NCBI GenBank assembly: GCA_963828735.1
Contig: CAWHFW010000002.1
Span: forward strand, 768,001-832,000
DNA: 64,000 bases
Source of the DNA: an uncultured Gemmatimonadales bacterium
Lineage (GTDB): Bacteria > Gemmatimonadota > Gemmatimonadetes > Gemmatimonadales > GWC2-71-9
Reading direction: 5' to 3'
Part shown: in pieces, positions 40,720-50,659 of the stretch
Layout: the number at the start of each line of letters is the position of its first letter
Position numbering within the stretch: position 1 is the stretch's first letter
The notes under the pieces: model-generated
Database searches by the model: none
The model's input: only the letters and a program-made list of their open reading frames with translations
What the model was told of the DNA's origin: nothing
Made by a program: the position numbers and the translations under genes

Positions 40720-41199
40720 ATGCGATACCGGAACTGGCTTGCCGCCGCCCTGGCGACCCTGCCCGTCGTGGCTGGCGCGCAAACGACCGCCCAGGTGAGC
40801 GACGCGGCCGTGACCTATCTCCCCGCCGACCAGGTGAAGACCGCGTTCGCGAAGGGCGTGCCGATGGTCGAGGTGGGCGACTACAAGATCCACGCGAGCC
40901 GGCGCGAAGCCCCCGGCATGGCGGAGATCCACACTCGCGATACCGATATCGCGTACATCATCCAGGGGTCGGCGACGCTCGTCACCGGCGGCACCGCCGT
41001 CGGCGTCAAGGCGATCGGCCCGGAGGAGCTGCGTGGCACCGCCATCGAGGGCGGATCGACGCGCCAGCTCGAGGTAGGCGACGTCGTCGTCATCCCGAAC
41101 GGTACCCCGCACTGGTTCAAGAGCGTGCGTGGGCCCTTGCTGTACTACGTCGTGAAGGTGCGCCAGGCCGCCCGCGAGACGGCAACGGGGGCCATGTGA
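40720..41199 (+). CDS. Exported cupin-fold protein
   Basis: Signal peptide; AEIHTRDTDIAYIIQG and GDVVVIPNGTPHWF. Confidence 0.85.
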   Translation: MRYRNWLAAALATLPVVAGAQTTAQVSDAAVTYLPADQVKTAFAKGVPMVEVGDYKIHASRREAPGMAEIHTRDTDIAYIIQGSATLVTGGTAVGVKAIGPEELRGTAIEGGSTRQLEVGDVVVIPNGTPHWFKSVRGPLLYYVVKVRQAARETATGAM

Positions 41200-42851
41200 G
41201 CCGCCGTGCGCTCGCGCCGCTCGCGGCCGGCATCATTGCGGCCACGCTGCCGCCCATCGCCGCCGGGCCGGTCCTGGCACAGGCCACGGTCGATCTTCCG
41301 GTCGTCCTTCCCTCGGCGGTCATCGACCTGCGGACAACGGACGGGGCGGCGCTGGCGGGGGCGCGGTGGCGCTACAGCGACGCGAAGGTCGTGGAGGTGG
41401 ATCACCGCGGCGCCGGGGCGGATCTCCGTGCGTCCGGCCCGCCGAACCGCACCAATGACATCACCCCGCACGCCGGCCCGGCGGATTTCGACGATTCCGG
41501 CTGGGAGGTCATCCCGCCCGAGGGCCTCGAGGCGCGCCGCGGGCACGGTCGCCTCGCGTTCAACTGGTACCGAACCAAGGTGACGTTGCCCGCGAAGGTG
41601 GCCGGCTTCGACGTCGCCGGCGCCACGGTGCTCTTCGAGCTGGTCGTGGACGACTACGCGGAGGTCTGGGTTGACGGGCAGCTCCCGCTCGTGCTCGGCC
41701 AGACCGGCGGCCAGCTCGTGAAGGGCTTCAACGCGCCGAACCGCGTCGTCCTCACGCGCGACGCGCGGCCCGGGCAGACGATCCAGCTCGCCGTGTTCGG
41801 GATCAACGGCCCCGTGTCCAATCCCCCAGCCAACTTCATCTGGATCCGCTCGGCGACGCTCGACTTCTACAGCAGGGGTGCAGTCGGCCCCGCGCAGCCC
41901 ACGACTGGGAAGGTCGTGCGGCTCGATCCCCGCGTCGACGGGATCGTGCCCAGGGGTGCGAAGATCGAGAAGGTCGCCGGAGGGTTCCAGTTCATCGAAG
42001 GCCCGGTGTGGCACCCGGACGGCTACCTGCTCTTCAGCGATCCCAACGCGAACACGATCTACCGCTGGACGCCCGATGGCGCGGTCTCGGTCTACCGCTC
42101 CAAGAGCGGCTACACCGGCCCCGACATCGGCCAGTACCACCAGCCCGGCTCCAACGGCCTCACGCTCGACCCGGACGGGCTCCTCACGATCGACGAGCAC
42201 GGCAACCGCCGCGTGACACGGCTCGAGCGAACCGGCAAGATCACGGTCCTCGCCGACCGCTACGACGGCAAGCGGCTCAACAGCCCGAACGACCTCGTGT
42301 ATCGCTCCGATGGGACGCTCTATTTCACCGATCCGCCGTTCGGCCTCCCCAAGGCGTTCGACGACCCGCGGAAGGAGCTCCCGTTCAGCGGCGTGTACAT
42401 GGTGCGAGACGGGCAGGTGAGGCTTCTCACGAAGGAGCTGCGTGGGCCCAATGGCATCGCTCTGTCGCCGGACGAGCGCTACCTGTACGTGGACAACTGG
42501 GACCTGGAGCACAAGGTGCTCATGCGCTACGACGTCGCCGGCGACGGGAGCATCTCGAACGGGCGGGTGTTCCACGATTTCACGGGGCTCGCGGAGCCCG
42601 TCGCGCTCGACGGCATCAAGGTGGACCAGCGCGGCAACGTCTACATCTCGGCGCCGGGCGGGATCTGGATCCTCTCGCCGGAGGGCGAGGCCCTCGGTCG
42701 GCTCGAGCCTCCCGAGCACGACGCGAACTTCGCCTGGGGTGATGCGGACGGACGAGCGTTATACCTGACGGCGAGCACGGGACTCTATCGCATCCGGTTG
42801 AGTGTGCCGGGCGTGAGACCGGGCATGGCGCAGCAGTCAGCGGCAAGGTAA
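41196..42851 (+). CDS. SMP-30/gluconolactonase family protein with an N-terminal carbohydrate-binding-like domain
   Basis: GTGA overlap; SRR (Tat-like) signal; WYRTKV..VDDYAEVWVDG domain; FIEGPVW, SNGL, NSPNDL, PNGIALSPD, DGIKVD. Confidence 0.9.
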   Translation: MSRRALAPLAAGIIAATLPPIAAGPVLAQATVDLPVVLPSAVIDLRTTDGAALAGARWRYSDAKVVEVDHRGAGADLRASGPPNRTNDITPHAGPADFDDSGWEVIPPEGLEARRGHGRLAFNWYRTKVTLPAKVAGFDVAGATVLFELVVDDYAEVWVDGQLPLVLGQTGGQLVKGFNAPNRVVLTRDARPGQTIQLAVFGINGPVSNPPANFIWIRSATLDFYSRGAVGPAQPTTGKVVRLDPRVDGIVPRGAKIEKVAGGFQFIEGPVWHPDGYLLFSDPNANTIYRWTPDGAVSVYRSKSGYTGPDIGQYHQPGSNGLTLDPDGLLTIDEHGNRRVTRLERTGKITVLADRYDGKRLNSPNDLVYRSDGTLYFTDPPFGLPKAFDDPRKELPFSGVYMVRDGQVRLLTKELRGPNGIALSPDERYLYVDNWDLEHKVLMRYDVAGDGSISNGRVFHDFTGLAEPVALDGIKVDQRGNVYISAPGGIWILSPEGEALGRLEPPEHDANFAWGDADGRALYLTASTGLYRIRLSVPGVRPGMAQQSAAR

Positions 42852-42987
42852 GGCGGGCGGACGTTCAAGCAGTCAGGCCGGTAAGGTGCGCACCGACGGA
42901 ACGTCGTTTTGTTCGGAGCGAGGGGTCTTTCCGCCAGCTCGAATCTGGTGGACAGGATCCCTCGCTTTACCCGAGGTCACACCGCGC

Positions 42988-44517
42988 TCACCCTCGCCCG
43001 ACGTGCTCCATCTTCCGCTCCGCCTCGAGGCTCGCCTTGTCCCTGCCGACCGTCACCACCGCCAGCACCTGCTTCCCACGGAGATACCTGAGCGTACAGT
43101 CCTTGGCCGACACGTCCCCGTCGACGTCGATTCGATCCCACCGCTCGGCGTGCCCACTGTAATTGATGGCCACCGAGTAATGCTGGCTCCAGAAGAACGG
43201 AACCGCGTCAAAATGATCGGCCGGTCCGAGGATGCTTCGGGCGGCGGCCTGACCCTGGCGCTGCGCCAGCACCCAGTGCTCCACCCGAATCCGTCCGCCG
43301 GTGTGCGGATCCGGCCACCGGGCGATGTCGCCCGCGGCGTAGATGCCCGGTGCGCTGGTCTCCAGCCGTTCGTCCACGAGCACGCCGCGGTCGAGCGCCA
43401 GACCCGCCTCGTCCGCCAGCCCGACGTTGGGCCGCACTCCGATACCCGCCACCAGGAGGTCGGCGGGGAGGGACTGGCCATCATCCAGGACCACCAGGCC
43501 ATCCGCGATCCTGACCGCCCTGCGACCGAGGTGGAAGACCACACCCTGCTCCTCGTGGATCTGCCGGATCATGTCGCCGAGCGCCGGGCCGAGCACCCGT
43601 TCCAGCGGCCGCGCGTCCGGGGCGACGACCCGGACATCCATCTTTCGCGCCCGGAGCGAGGCCGCCACCTCGAGACCGATGAAGCTCGCGCCGAGCACGA
43701 CCGCGCGGCCGCCTTCGCGCGCGGCACCGACGATCCGGCGGCTGTCGGCCAGCGAGCGGAGATAGTGCACCCGAGGCGTGCCGGCCTCGAGGTCGGGCTC
43801 GAGATGCACGGGACTGGCCCCGGTGGCGAGCAGCAGCGCGCCGTAGCTAAGGTCGGTTCCATCGTCGAGGCGCACGCGACGGCCGCGCGGGTCGAGGGAG
43901 GCGACGCGGGGTCCGCGCCGCAGCTGGATCCCCCGCTGCTGGTAGAAGTCGGGTGGATGCAGTGGGATCCATTCTTCGGGCGCGTTCCCCGCCAGGTAGT
44001 CCTTGGACAGGTTGGGCCGATCGTAGGGCGCGTCCCCATCCGGATCGACGATCGTCACGGGCCCCTCGTACCCCTCGCGTCGAAGGGTTTCCGCGGCGCA
44101 CTCACCGGCAGCCCCACCGCCGACGATGACGACCGACTCGGGAGCCTTGGCGCGCCGGCTCGGCCGCGGCGGCGGCTGGCGCTTGGCGCCGACCCTGACC
44201 ATTCCGTCGCTGACGGCGACGTCCCAGCACGACAGATCGTTGAGCGCGGGCGGTCGGAGCGGTTGGCCCGTGCGCAAGCTGAAACAGCCGTGGTGCCAGG
44301 GACACCGGACGGTGTCGCCCACCATCAATCCCTCCGCCAACGGCCCGCCGTAGTGACTGCAGGTGGCTCCGATCGCGAACCACTCGTCGCCCCGGTGGGC
44401 CAGCAGCACGGCTTCCTCTCCCACACGCCCCGCGATCATTCCACCGTCCGCCACGTCCGTCGTCGGAATGCCGGCCTGCAGGTCCGGGCCTTCCGGTGCT
44501 TCCTGTCCCGATGCCAT
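42988..44517 (-). CDS. Rieske [2Fe-2S] plus FAD/NAD(P)-dependent ferredoxin reductase fusion
   Basis: GGAGG RBS; CSHYGG...CPWH, GGGAAG, YDRPNLSK, GASFIGLE, YAAGD. Confidence 0.92.
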   Translation of the reverse strand: MASGQEAPEGPDLQAGIPTTDVADGGMIAGRVGEEAVLLAHRGDEWFAIGATCSHYGGPLAEGLMVGDTVRCPWHHGCFSLRTGQPLRPPALNDLSCWDVAVSDGMVRVGAKRQPPPRPSRRAKAPESVVIVGGGAAGECAAETLRREGYEGPVTIVDPDGDAPYDRPNLSKDYLAGNAPEEWIPLHPPDFYQQRGIQLRRGPRVASLDPRGRRVRLDDGTDLSYGALLLATGASPVHLEPDLEAGTPRVHYLRSLADSRRIVGAAREGGRAVVLGASFIGLEVAASLRARKMDVRVVAPDARPLERVLGPALGDMIRQIHEEQGVVFHLGRRAVRIADGLVVLDDGQSLPADLLVAGIGVRPNVGLADEAGLALDRGVLVDERLETSAPGIYAAGDIARWPDPHTGGRIRVEHWVLAQRQGQAAARSILGPADHFDAVPFFWSQHYSVAINYSGHAERWDRIDVDGDVSAKDCTLRYLRGKQVLAVVTVGRDKASLEAERKMEHVGRG

Positions 44518-44570
44518 TCCGTTGCCCTCCGCTTTCGGTCCGTCGTAGGTACCCCACGGTGGGGCGCCCT

Positions 44571-44596
44571 GGAACCTTTTCAGACCGGCCGGCATT
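44571..44596 (+). promoter_or_regulatory. ECF-sigma-like promoter, copy 2
   Basis: GGAACC-TTTTCAGACCGGCCGG-CATT upstream of the small ORF/zf-HC2 pair. Confidence 0.7.
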
Positions 44597-44640
44597 CCAT
44601 TCCCCGGGTGCGAGCGTCCGGCTTACTTTTTCGAGGTGCC

Positions 44641-44943
44641 GTGGCAACATCATTTCCCGCAGCCGCCCGGTGGGCGGCGGTTTCCCTCGTGGACGTAGAG
44701 GTCGCCATCCAGACAGACCGGCGGGAGGCTCCACTGGCCGGGGAGCCCACGCTCATCCGGCTCCTTCGCCGGCCCGGGTGGACACCTGCGCAGGAGCCGG
44801 GTGGGACATTCGAGAAACTGCCCCGTCTGGACGATACACCGGACCTGTACCTTCGCGCCCGCTCCGGAAATCTCCGGCATGTCGCTCCGGACGACGAACC
44901 GGACGACGGCATCGTACCGGCGAACAAGGAGGCGGCGACATGA
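44641..44943 (+). pseudogene. Short ORF in the position expected for an ECF sigma gene; possible sigma remnant
   Basis: Lies between the ECF promoter and the anti-sigma gene; its TGA overlaps the anti-sigma ATG (ATGA); no intact sigma2/sigma4 regions; start uncertain. Confidence 0.35.
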
Positions 44944-45218
44944 ACCGGCGTCTGGACCGTACGACGTGCGAGGAGACCTTCCGTCGCCTCGATGATTACC
45001 TCGACCGACAGTTGAGCGCGGAGGACACGCGTCTCATCGAGGAGCACCTCCAGCACTGTGCGGCGTGCAGCCAGGAGTTCGTGTTCGAGGCCGGGGTGAT
45101 CCGGGGGGTGCGACACAAGCTCAGCAGGCTGGACGCCCCGCCCACCCTGCTCGACCGGATCTCCAAGGAGATCGCGCGCGCGGCTCGGGAGGAGGATACG
45201 CCCAAGGAATCCCCCTGA
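44940..45218 (+). CDS. zf-HC2 (ZAS, RsrA-like) anti-sigma factor
   Basis: AAGGAGG RBS; TCEETFRRLDDYLD...HLQHCAAC (Hx3Cx2C)...APPTLLDRI. Confidence 0.88.
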   Translation: MNRRLDRTTCEETFRRLDDYLDRQLSAEDTRLIEEHLQHCAACSQEFVFEAGVIRGVRHKLSRLDAPPTLLDRISKEIARAAREEDTPKESP

Positions 45219-45245
45219 GCCGAGCGCAAGTCTCGGCGGGGGCGG

Positions 45246-45530
45246 TCAGCGACCCAGCAGGTCGTGGAGCCCGCGCATCACGATGTAGACCAGCGGCGCG
45301 GCCAGCAGCACGCGCGGCATCAGCGCCCGAGCGCGCAGACCGTGAACCAATCGAGCGTGTGTGGCGGCGGTGAGCGTGGTGCCGACCGCGAGGGCCACGT
45401 TGGCGGCCGTCGCGGCGCTCACCCGTGACGCGAGCAGCTGACCCACGAGGAGGCCGGAGAGACTGCCCACGAAGACGGCGGCCAGGAAGCCGCCGAGCTC
45501 GCTCGCGAGAGGATGTCGCGGCGGGGTCAT
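45246..45530 (-). CDS. Small hypothetical membrane protein (about 3 TM)
   Basis: Three hydrophobic segments; ATGA overlap with the upstream ORF. Confidence 0.65.
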   Translation of the reverse strand: MTPPRHPLASELGGFLAAVFVGSLSGLLVGQLLASRVSAATAANVALAVGTTLTAATHARLVHGLRARALMPRVLLAAPLVYIVMRGLHDLLGR

Positions 45531-45796
45531 CGATCTTCTCGCCGTGGCCTCACCGGGAGCGTCGAGGTCGACGCCGCCCCGCCACGAAATTCGAAGTGCG
45601 CGTCCACCAGCATCCTCCCGGCGGGCCGGAGATCGTCACCGCGAAGGAGTCGCCCGGCGAGCACGCGGTCGGCCGTGATGGCGGCAGACTCCCACTCTCC
45701 GGCGACGAGCCCCGGATAGAGGTGTCGATGCTCGGGTCGAAGGCGGGCTTCCCGACGATCGGCCGCCCGCCCCTGAAGAGGCAGGGCGGCCGCCAT
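45527..45796 (-). CDS. Small hypothetical protein (alternative GTG start 45826)
   Basis: REARLRPEHRHLYPGL..GEW...HFEFRGG; co-oriented and coupled to the next gene. Confidence 0.55.
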   Translation of the reverse strand: MAAALPLQGRAADRREARLRPEHRHLYPGLVAGEWESAAITADRVLAGRLLRGDDLRPAGRMLVDAHFEFRGGAASTSTLPVRPRREDR

Positions 45797-45831
45797 CCGC
45801 CCCACGCTGGTCGTCACGGCCGGCACGACGG

Positions 45832-47019
45832 TCAGTCCCCCGCCACTTCGCAGTAGACTTTGATGGCTCCCTTGGCGGAGGTGAGCGTATGGAGCAGGAG
45901 CTGCCAGTTCTCCAGGCCGCGCACCGGATGCGTCAGCAGGCGACGGAGCCACCCCGGATATTCGGCCTCGGCCTGCGCGAGGTCCTTGACGCCGGTCTCG
46001 AAATACTCGCGATTCGCATTGACCGTGCCGACCATCACCTTGTTGCCCAGCACGAACTCCAGATTGATCCGATCGGCGGGGACCCGGATGCAGTTGTCGC
46101 CGCCGGTGACGCTGGACAGCACGAGGACGCCGTTCTTGGCCAGGACCCGCATGCTCGCGAACACGACCACGGACGACCCGGTGGCCTCGAAGATGATGTC
46201 GAACGGCCCGTACCGGACCCCACCCTCCATGATCGTCCTCGCCTCCGTCGACTCGTAACGCGCGCCGATCGCCTCGACCAGATCCGAGTTGAGGTAGGGC
46301 CGGGCGGTCCGCCCGAACACGGTCACCTCGAGGCCACGGAGCCGGAGCGCCAGCGCCGCCAGCAGCCCGATGGTCCCGGCCCCCATCACCGCGGCCTTGC
46401 GCGGATGCCAGACCCGGAGCCGGCGCTGGACCTCGTACGCCTGGGCGATCCCCTTCTCCACGACCGTGGTCGGCTCGAGCAGCACGCCGACCTCCTTCAG
46501 ACCCTTGGGGACCTTGACGATGTACTCGGGATCGTCGACGTAGTACTCGGTGAGGTACCCGTGGCGCAGGTTGATCCCGCGCTCGTAGTACACGTCATCG
46601 GTTGTCATGTCGTAGGTGCCGATCGTATCGTAGATGCTCGACCCCGGCCGACGCACCGTGGCCACCACGTAGTCGCCCGGGGCGAGTTCCGTGACGTTCG
46701 GACCCACGGCTTCTACCCGGCCGAAGCTCTCGTGTCCCGTCACGAGAAAGTCGTAGCCCGGAGGCGCCGCGCCGTACTCCGCCGCGTTGATTTCCTTGTC
46801 CGTACCGTCGACTCCGACCTTCAGCACCTTCACGAGCACGCCGCGCCCGTTCGGCACCTCGTCCAGGGATGGCCTGGCCAGCTGCGCCAGGTGCATCGAG
46901 TTCGGTGTGCCGGGAAAGACGGCGATCGCCTTCATCATCGTCGCGTCCGCCTTCGTTGCGGCCGCCGGCGCGCGGACCGGGGTCGTGAGGGCGGCGCCGC
47001 CTCGGTCACTGCTGGGCAT
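45832..47019 (-). CDS. Zn-dependent MDR glucose 1-dehydrogenase (archaeal-type)
   Basis: AAGGAG RBS; MKAIAV, GVDGTD, GHE, VRRP, ERGI, GAGTIG, GTVNA. Confidence 0.85.
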   Translation of the reverse strand: MPSSDRGGAALTTPVRAPAAATKADATMMKAIAVFPGTPNSMHLAQLARPSLDEVPNGRGVLVKVLKVGVDGTDKEINAAEYGAAPPGYDFLVTGHESFGRVEAVGPNVTELAPGDYVVATVRRPGSSIYDTIGTYDMTTDDVYYERGINLRHGYLTEYYVDDPEYIVKVPKGLKEVGVLLEPTTVVEKGIAQAYEVQRRLRVWHPRKAAVMGAGTIGLLAALALRLRGLEVTVFGRTARPYLNSDLVEAIGARYESTEARTIMEGGVRYGPFDIIFEATGSSVVVFASMRVLAKNGVLVLSSVTGGDNCIRVPADRINLEFVLGNKVMVGTVNANREYFETGVKDLAQAEAEYPGWLRRLLTHPVRGLENWQLLLHTLTSAKGAIKVYCEVAGD

Positions 47020-48181
47020 GAGCGACTCCTTCGTGCTCGACGAGTTGGACGGCGTGGCCGTCGGGATCGCGGACCAGGAGCCCGCGCGAGAATCCAAGGG
47101 TGGTATCCGGCAGCGCGATCGCCGACGACGAGAGCAGGCGAAAGCTGCCGCGGCGCACCGCCGCCGCCGCCGCGTCCGCGTCGGGCACCAGCACGGTGGT
47201 CTGCCAGTGCACTAGGTCGTTGGGCCGCTCGTCGGCCGGGTAGGGCCGGCCGTCGCGCGGGGCGTCGTACTCGAGGAACTCGATGCCGGGGCCCGAGGGC
47301 GCCCGGAGGCTGGTAATGTGGAGGCGAGCTCCTTTCACGTTGTTCAAGTGCTCCTGCTCGGTGCCCGCATTCATGCTCTCACCCGCGACGCGGAAGCCGA
47401 GCACGTCGCGATAGAACGCCAGGCTCGCCCGGGTATCGGCGACGACGATCGCGGTGTGATCGATACCGAGGAACAGGCGATTCGTCGCGGCGTGCCACTT
47501 GGGGTCGCCCTTGTCCGGCGGGAACTGGAGGGCCTCGAGCGGATGGCCGTCCGGGTCGCGAAAGTAGAACGCCCGGATGCCGGCGGCGTTCGGAATGGTC
47601 TCGGGCAGCCGCTGCGGACCGGTCGACGCGTAGCGCACCTTGTACCGGCGGAGACGCGCATAGGCGCTGTCCATGTCGCGGACGATGATGGCCACGTGCT
47701 GGAACCACCGGTCGTTGCTCCGACTGTCGAGCGGTGCCGGCCGGCCAGACGAGGCGATGTACTGCGTGAGCTGCAGGGACTCGTCACCGAGGGCGAGCCG
47801 GACGACGCGGAGGCGCACGCCGAAGACGCCGGTCAGCTCCTCGTACGGAGCGCCGGCGACCTCGTCGTCGCTCACCTTGGTGAAGTCGAGGACCCGGGTG
47901 TAGAACGCGACCGAGCTGTCCATGTCCGACACCGTCAGTCCGATCATGGCGACGGCCTGCGCGCGGCCGGCCGGGTCGCCCGACGGCCCCGACGCATTGC
48001 GCGCCGTGACGCCGTGGCCGGCCCACGGTTGAGGCGACTGGGCCGGCAACCTGGAGGCCATGAGGGCCAGGACGATCGTCCACAGGATCGTTGCGAAGCC
48101 CAGCGCCGACGAATGCGTCCGGGCCCGGCCCGGCTCCGCGGAGCGGCCGCCGTAGGGCAGACTCGCGACAAATGCGTTCAT
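47006..48181 (-). CDS. Two-domain VOC/glyoxalase family protein with an N-terminal hydrophobic segment
   Basis: [55 protein letters not shown] overlap with the GMC gene. Confidence 0.88.
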   Translation of the reverse strand: MNAFVASLPYGGRSAEPGRARTHSSALGFATILWTIVLALMASRLPAQSPQPWAGHGVTARNASGPSGDPAGRAQAVAMIGLTVSDMDSSVAFYTRVLDFTKVSDDEVAGAPYEELTGVFGVRLRVVRLALGDESLQLTQYIASSGRPAPLDSRSNDRWFQHVAIIVRDMDSAYARLRRYKVRYASTGPQRLPETIPNAAGIRAFYFRDPDGHPLEALQFPPDKGDPKWHAATNRLFLGIDHTAIVVADTRASLAFYRDVLGFRVAGESMNAGTEQEHLNNVKGARLHITSLRAPSGPGIEFLEYDAPRDGRPYPADERPNDLVHWQTTVLVPDADAAAAAVRRGSFRLLSSSAIALPDTTLGFSRGLLVRDPDGHAVQLVEHEGVAHAQQ

Positions 48182-49797
48182 GCCATTGCTCCCGCAGTCT
48201 CCCCTGCAACGATCCTCTCCCGCCTGCTCGCGCCCAGCCGCTCGAGGATCCGATCCCCCACGCGGAGCGCATTCGCCATGATCGTGAGCGCCGGGTTCAC
48301 CGCGCCGCTCGAGGGGAAGAAGCTTCCGTCGACTACGTACAGGTTGTCCACCTCGTGCGCCCGGCAGTTCACGTCGAGCGCGGACGTCTCGAGATCGCGA
48401 CCGAACCGGATGGTGCCATTCTGGTGCGCGACCCCGGCGAGAGGGATCCTCTGCCCGACGAAAAGGTTGCGTGCGAACAGTCCCTGGTGGCAGGCGTCCC
48501 CGTGAATGTCGCACCGCGTCTGCTGTTGCATCAGCCGCTCCAGCTTCTTGATGAGGCGCGCGTGGCCTTCCCCGTTATTGGGCGTGTAGGCGAGCACGAT
48601 GCGGCCGTCACGATCGAGGGTTACGCGGTTGTTCGGATCGGGCAGGTCCTCGGACGTCAGCCAGAAATCGAGCGAGTGCTTGCCCATGAGGTCCAGGGTC
48701 CACCCGGGAGCGATGGCGGGCGCGCCGGCCGAGAGGGTCACCCCGTCGAGCTTGCCAACGAAGGAGATGTGACCCATCGGGAACGGCCACTCCGGCGCAC
48801 CAAAGTAGAAGTCGTTGAGGGCGAGCGTCTTCTGGAAAATCGTCGGGTTGGCACAGCGGGAGAGCGCCATGAGCACCGAGTTCAGGTGCCCCATGTAGTG
48901 CCGGCCGACCACGTCCGACCCGTTCGCGAGCCCGCGCGGGTGCCGGTCGCTCGCCGAGCGGAGCAGCAGCGCCGCCGAATTGATGGCGCCGGCGGAGACC
49001 ACCACGATGTCGGCGGAATACTCCTCCCGGCGGCCGTCGCGCTCCACCACGACGCGCGTCACCTCGCGACCGGAGGCACTGGTCTCGAGCCGCGAGACGT
49101 ACGCCCGGGGGAGCAGGGTGACGTTGGGATGGCGGTCGAGCGTGGGATCTACGCACACCACCTGCGCGTCGGACTTGGCCTTGACCAGACAGGGATGGCC
49201 GTCGCACGTCGCACAGCGGATGCACGCGCTCCGGCCGCGATCGGCCTCGTTGAGCATGATGCCGAGTGGCACGTGGAAGGGCTTGCAGCCAAGCCGGGCA
49301 AAATCCTCGCTGAGCTGCCGGATCCGTGGCTCATGACTCACCGGGGGATGCAGGTACGGGGCACTCGTCGGCGGCTCGGTCGGGTCGACGCCCCGCTCGC
49401 CGTGCACCTGGTAGAGATGCTCAGCCTCGGTGTAGTAGGGCTCGAGCTCCTCATAGGTGATCGGCCACGCGGGCGATACACCACCATGATGCCGCAGCTC
49501 GCCGAAGTCTTCGCGCCGGAGCCGGAACAACGCCGCGCCGTAGAACTTCGTGTTGCCACCCACCCAGTAGTTCGTGTGCGGGTGAAGATCCTGCCCCGCT
49601 CTGTCCCGCCAGTGCTCCGCCGTCTGGTAGCGACCTTCGACGTTGACCGCTCGGGTGCTCCAGTTCTCGGGCTCGCGGGGCACGTAGTCGCCACGCTCGA
49701 GAAGGAGGATGCGCTTGCCGGAAGGCGCCAGACGGTGGAAGAGCGTGCCGCCGCCCGCGCCGGAGCCGATGATGATGACGTCGTAATGGATTGGCAT
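48178..49797 (-). CDS. GMC family flavin oxidoreductase
   Basis: YDVIIIGSGAGGG, VGGNTKFYGA, CIRCATCDGHPC, HQNGT, NLYVVDGSFFPS, NPALT. Confidence 0.93.
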   Translation of the reverse strand: MPIHYDVIIIGSGAGGGTLFHRLAPSGKRILLLERGDYVPREPENWSTRAVNVEGRYQTAEHWRDRAGQDLHPHTNYWVGGNTKFYGAALFRLRREDFGELRHHGGVSPAWPITYEELEPYYTEAEHLYQVHGERGVDPTEPPTSAPYLHPPVSHEPRIRQLSEDFARLGCKPFHVPLGIMLNEADRGRSACIRCATCDGHPCLVKAKSDAQVVCVDPTLDRHPNVTLLPRAYVSRLETSASGREVTRVVVERDGRREEYSADIVVVSAGAINSAALLLRSASDRHPRGLANGSDVVGRHYMGHLNSVLMALSRCANPTIFQKTLALNDFYFGAPEWPFPMGHISFVGKLDGVTLSAGAPAIAPGWTLDLMGKHSLDFWLTSEDLPDPNNRVTLDRDGRIVLAYTPNNGEGHARLIKKLERLMQQQTRCDIHGDACHQGLFARNLFVGQRIPLAGVAHQNGTIRFGRDLETSALDVNCRAHEVDNLYVVDGSFFPSSGAVNPALTIMANALRVGDRILERLGASRRERIVAGETAGAMA

Positions 49798-49831
49798 GGC
49801 GTGCTGCCTTCGCTGGAAGATGACTGCCACC

Positions 49832-49899
49832 GCCATCCTGAGCCCGAAGCGAGCGATCGGGAACGGCCGGGACGATCCTTCGCTTCGCTCGGGATTGGC
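49832..49899. repeat. REP-like imperfect intergenic palindrome
   Basis: Arms GCCATCCTGAGCCCGAAGCGAGCGATCG and CGATCCTTCGCTTCGCTCGGGATTGGC. Confidence 0.55.
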
Positions 49900-49917
49900 C
49901 CCGCGCTCAGCGCGAGG

Positions 49918-50646
49918 TCACTTGCTGCTCATCGCGTCCGTCGCCGGGGTGATCGTCATGCGGAGGACGCCGGCGATCGACGGATACGTGAATCCGTCAC
50001 GCACGTGGGCCACCGCCTGATGCTCGGCGACACCCGCGTCCGGCGTCTTCTGCCGCGGCCCCTGGTTCGGACCGAGGCCGGGCTCCTCGTTCACCTCGGT
50101 GCCGGCATCCCACAGGCTGAGCTGGGCCGTCATGTCGCCGCGCACGGGCTTGCCCGCGGCATCGAACAAGGCGACCGGCCGATCGTTCGAGTAGAACAGG
50201 TCGTTGGACTGGCCGAACATCCACGCCACCGAGAGCGACTGGCCCGGGGTGGCCTCGATCTCGAACGAGTAGCCGTTGCCCGGGGCGATCGGCCCGGCGT
50301 GAGTGGCACCGACCGACACCGCGGCGACCCCCAGGGTGACGATGCCGCCAGTGCCCGCGAGCGATTTGGCGAGGGGCTCGGGGTTGCCGGTCTCCGCGAG
50401 CGTCTCGAGGCCTTGGCCGGCATCGGGCTTCCCGCCGGTGAAGATCGGATTGACGCCCCCCGCGTGCACCGCCCAGAAGACCGGAGCCGATACGAACGGC
50501 GCCGTCTTCCCGTTCGAGAGCTTCAACGCTTCGCCCTTCGAGATGTTCTCCACCGTGATCGTGAATCGGGTGCCGGTTTGCGCCTCGGCGGCTTGGCCCA
50601 GGGCCAGCATGGCCGCCGACAGCGTCAGTGCGCGAGCGAACGACAT
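49918..50646 (-). CDS. Exported Spondin_N domain protein
   Basis: Signal peptide; GLETLAETG, MFGQSNDLF, LWDAGTEVNE. Confidence 0.85.
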   Translation of the reverse strand: MSFARALTLSAAMLALGQAAEAQTGTRFTITVENISKGEALKLSNGKTAPFVSAPVFWAVHAGGVNPIFTGGKPDAGQGLETLAETGNPEPLAKSLAGTGGIVTLGVAAVSVGATHAGPIAPGNGYSFEIEATPGQSLSVAWMFGQSNDLFYSNDRPVALFDAAGKPVRGDMTAQLSLWDAGTEVNEEPGLGPNQGPRQKTPDAGVAEHQAVAHVRDGFTYPSIAGVLRMTITPATDAMSSK

Positions 50647-50659
50647 GGAGGTCTCCTGG

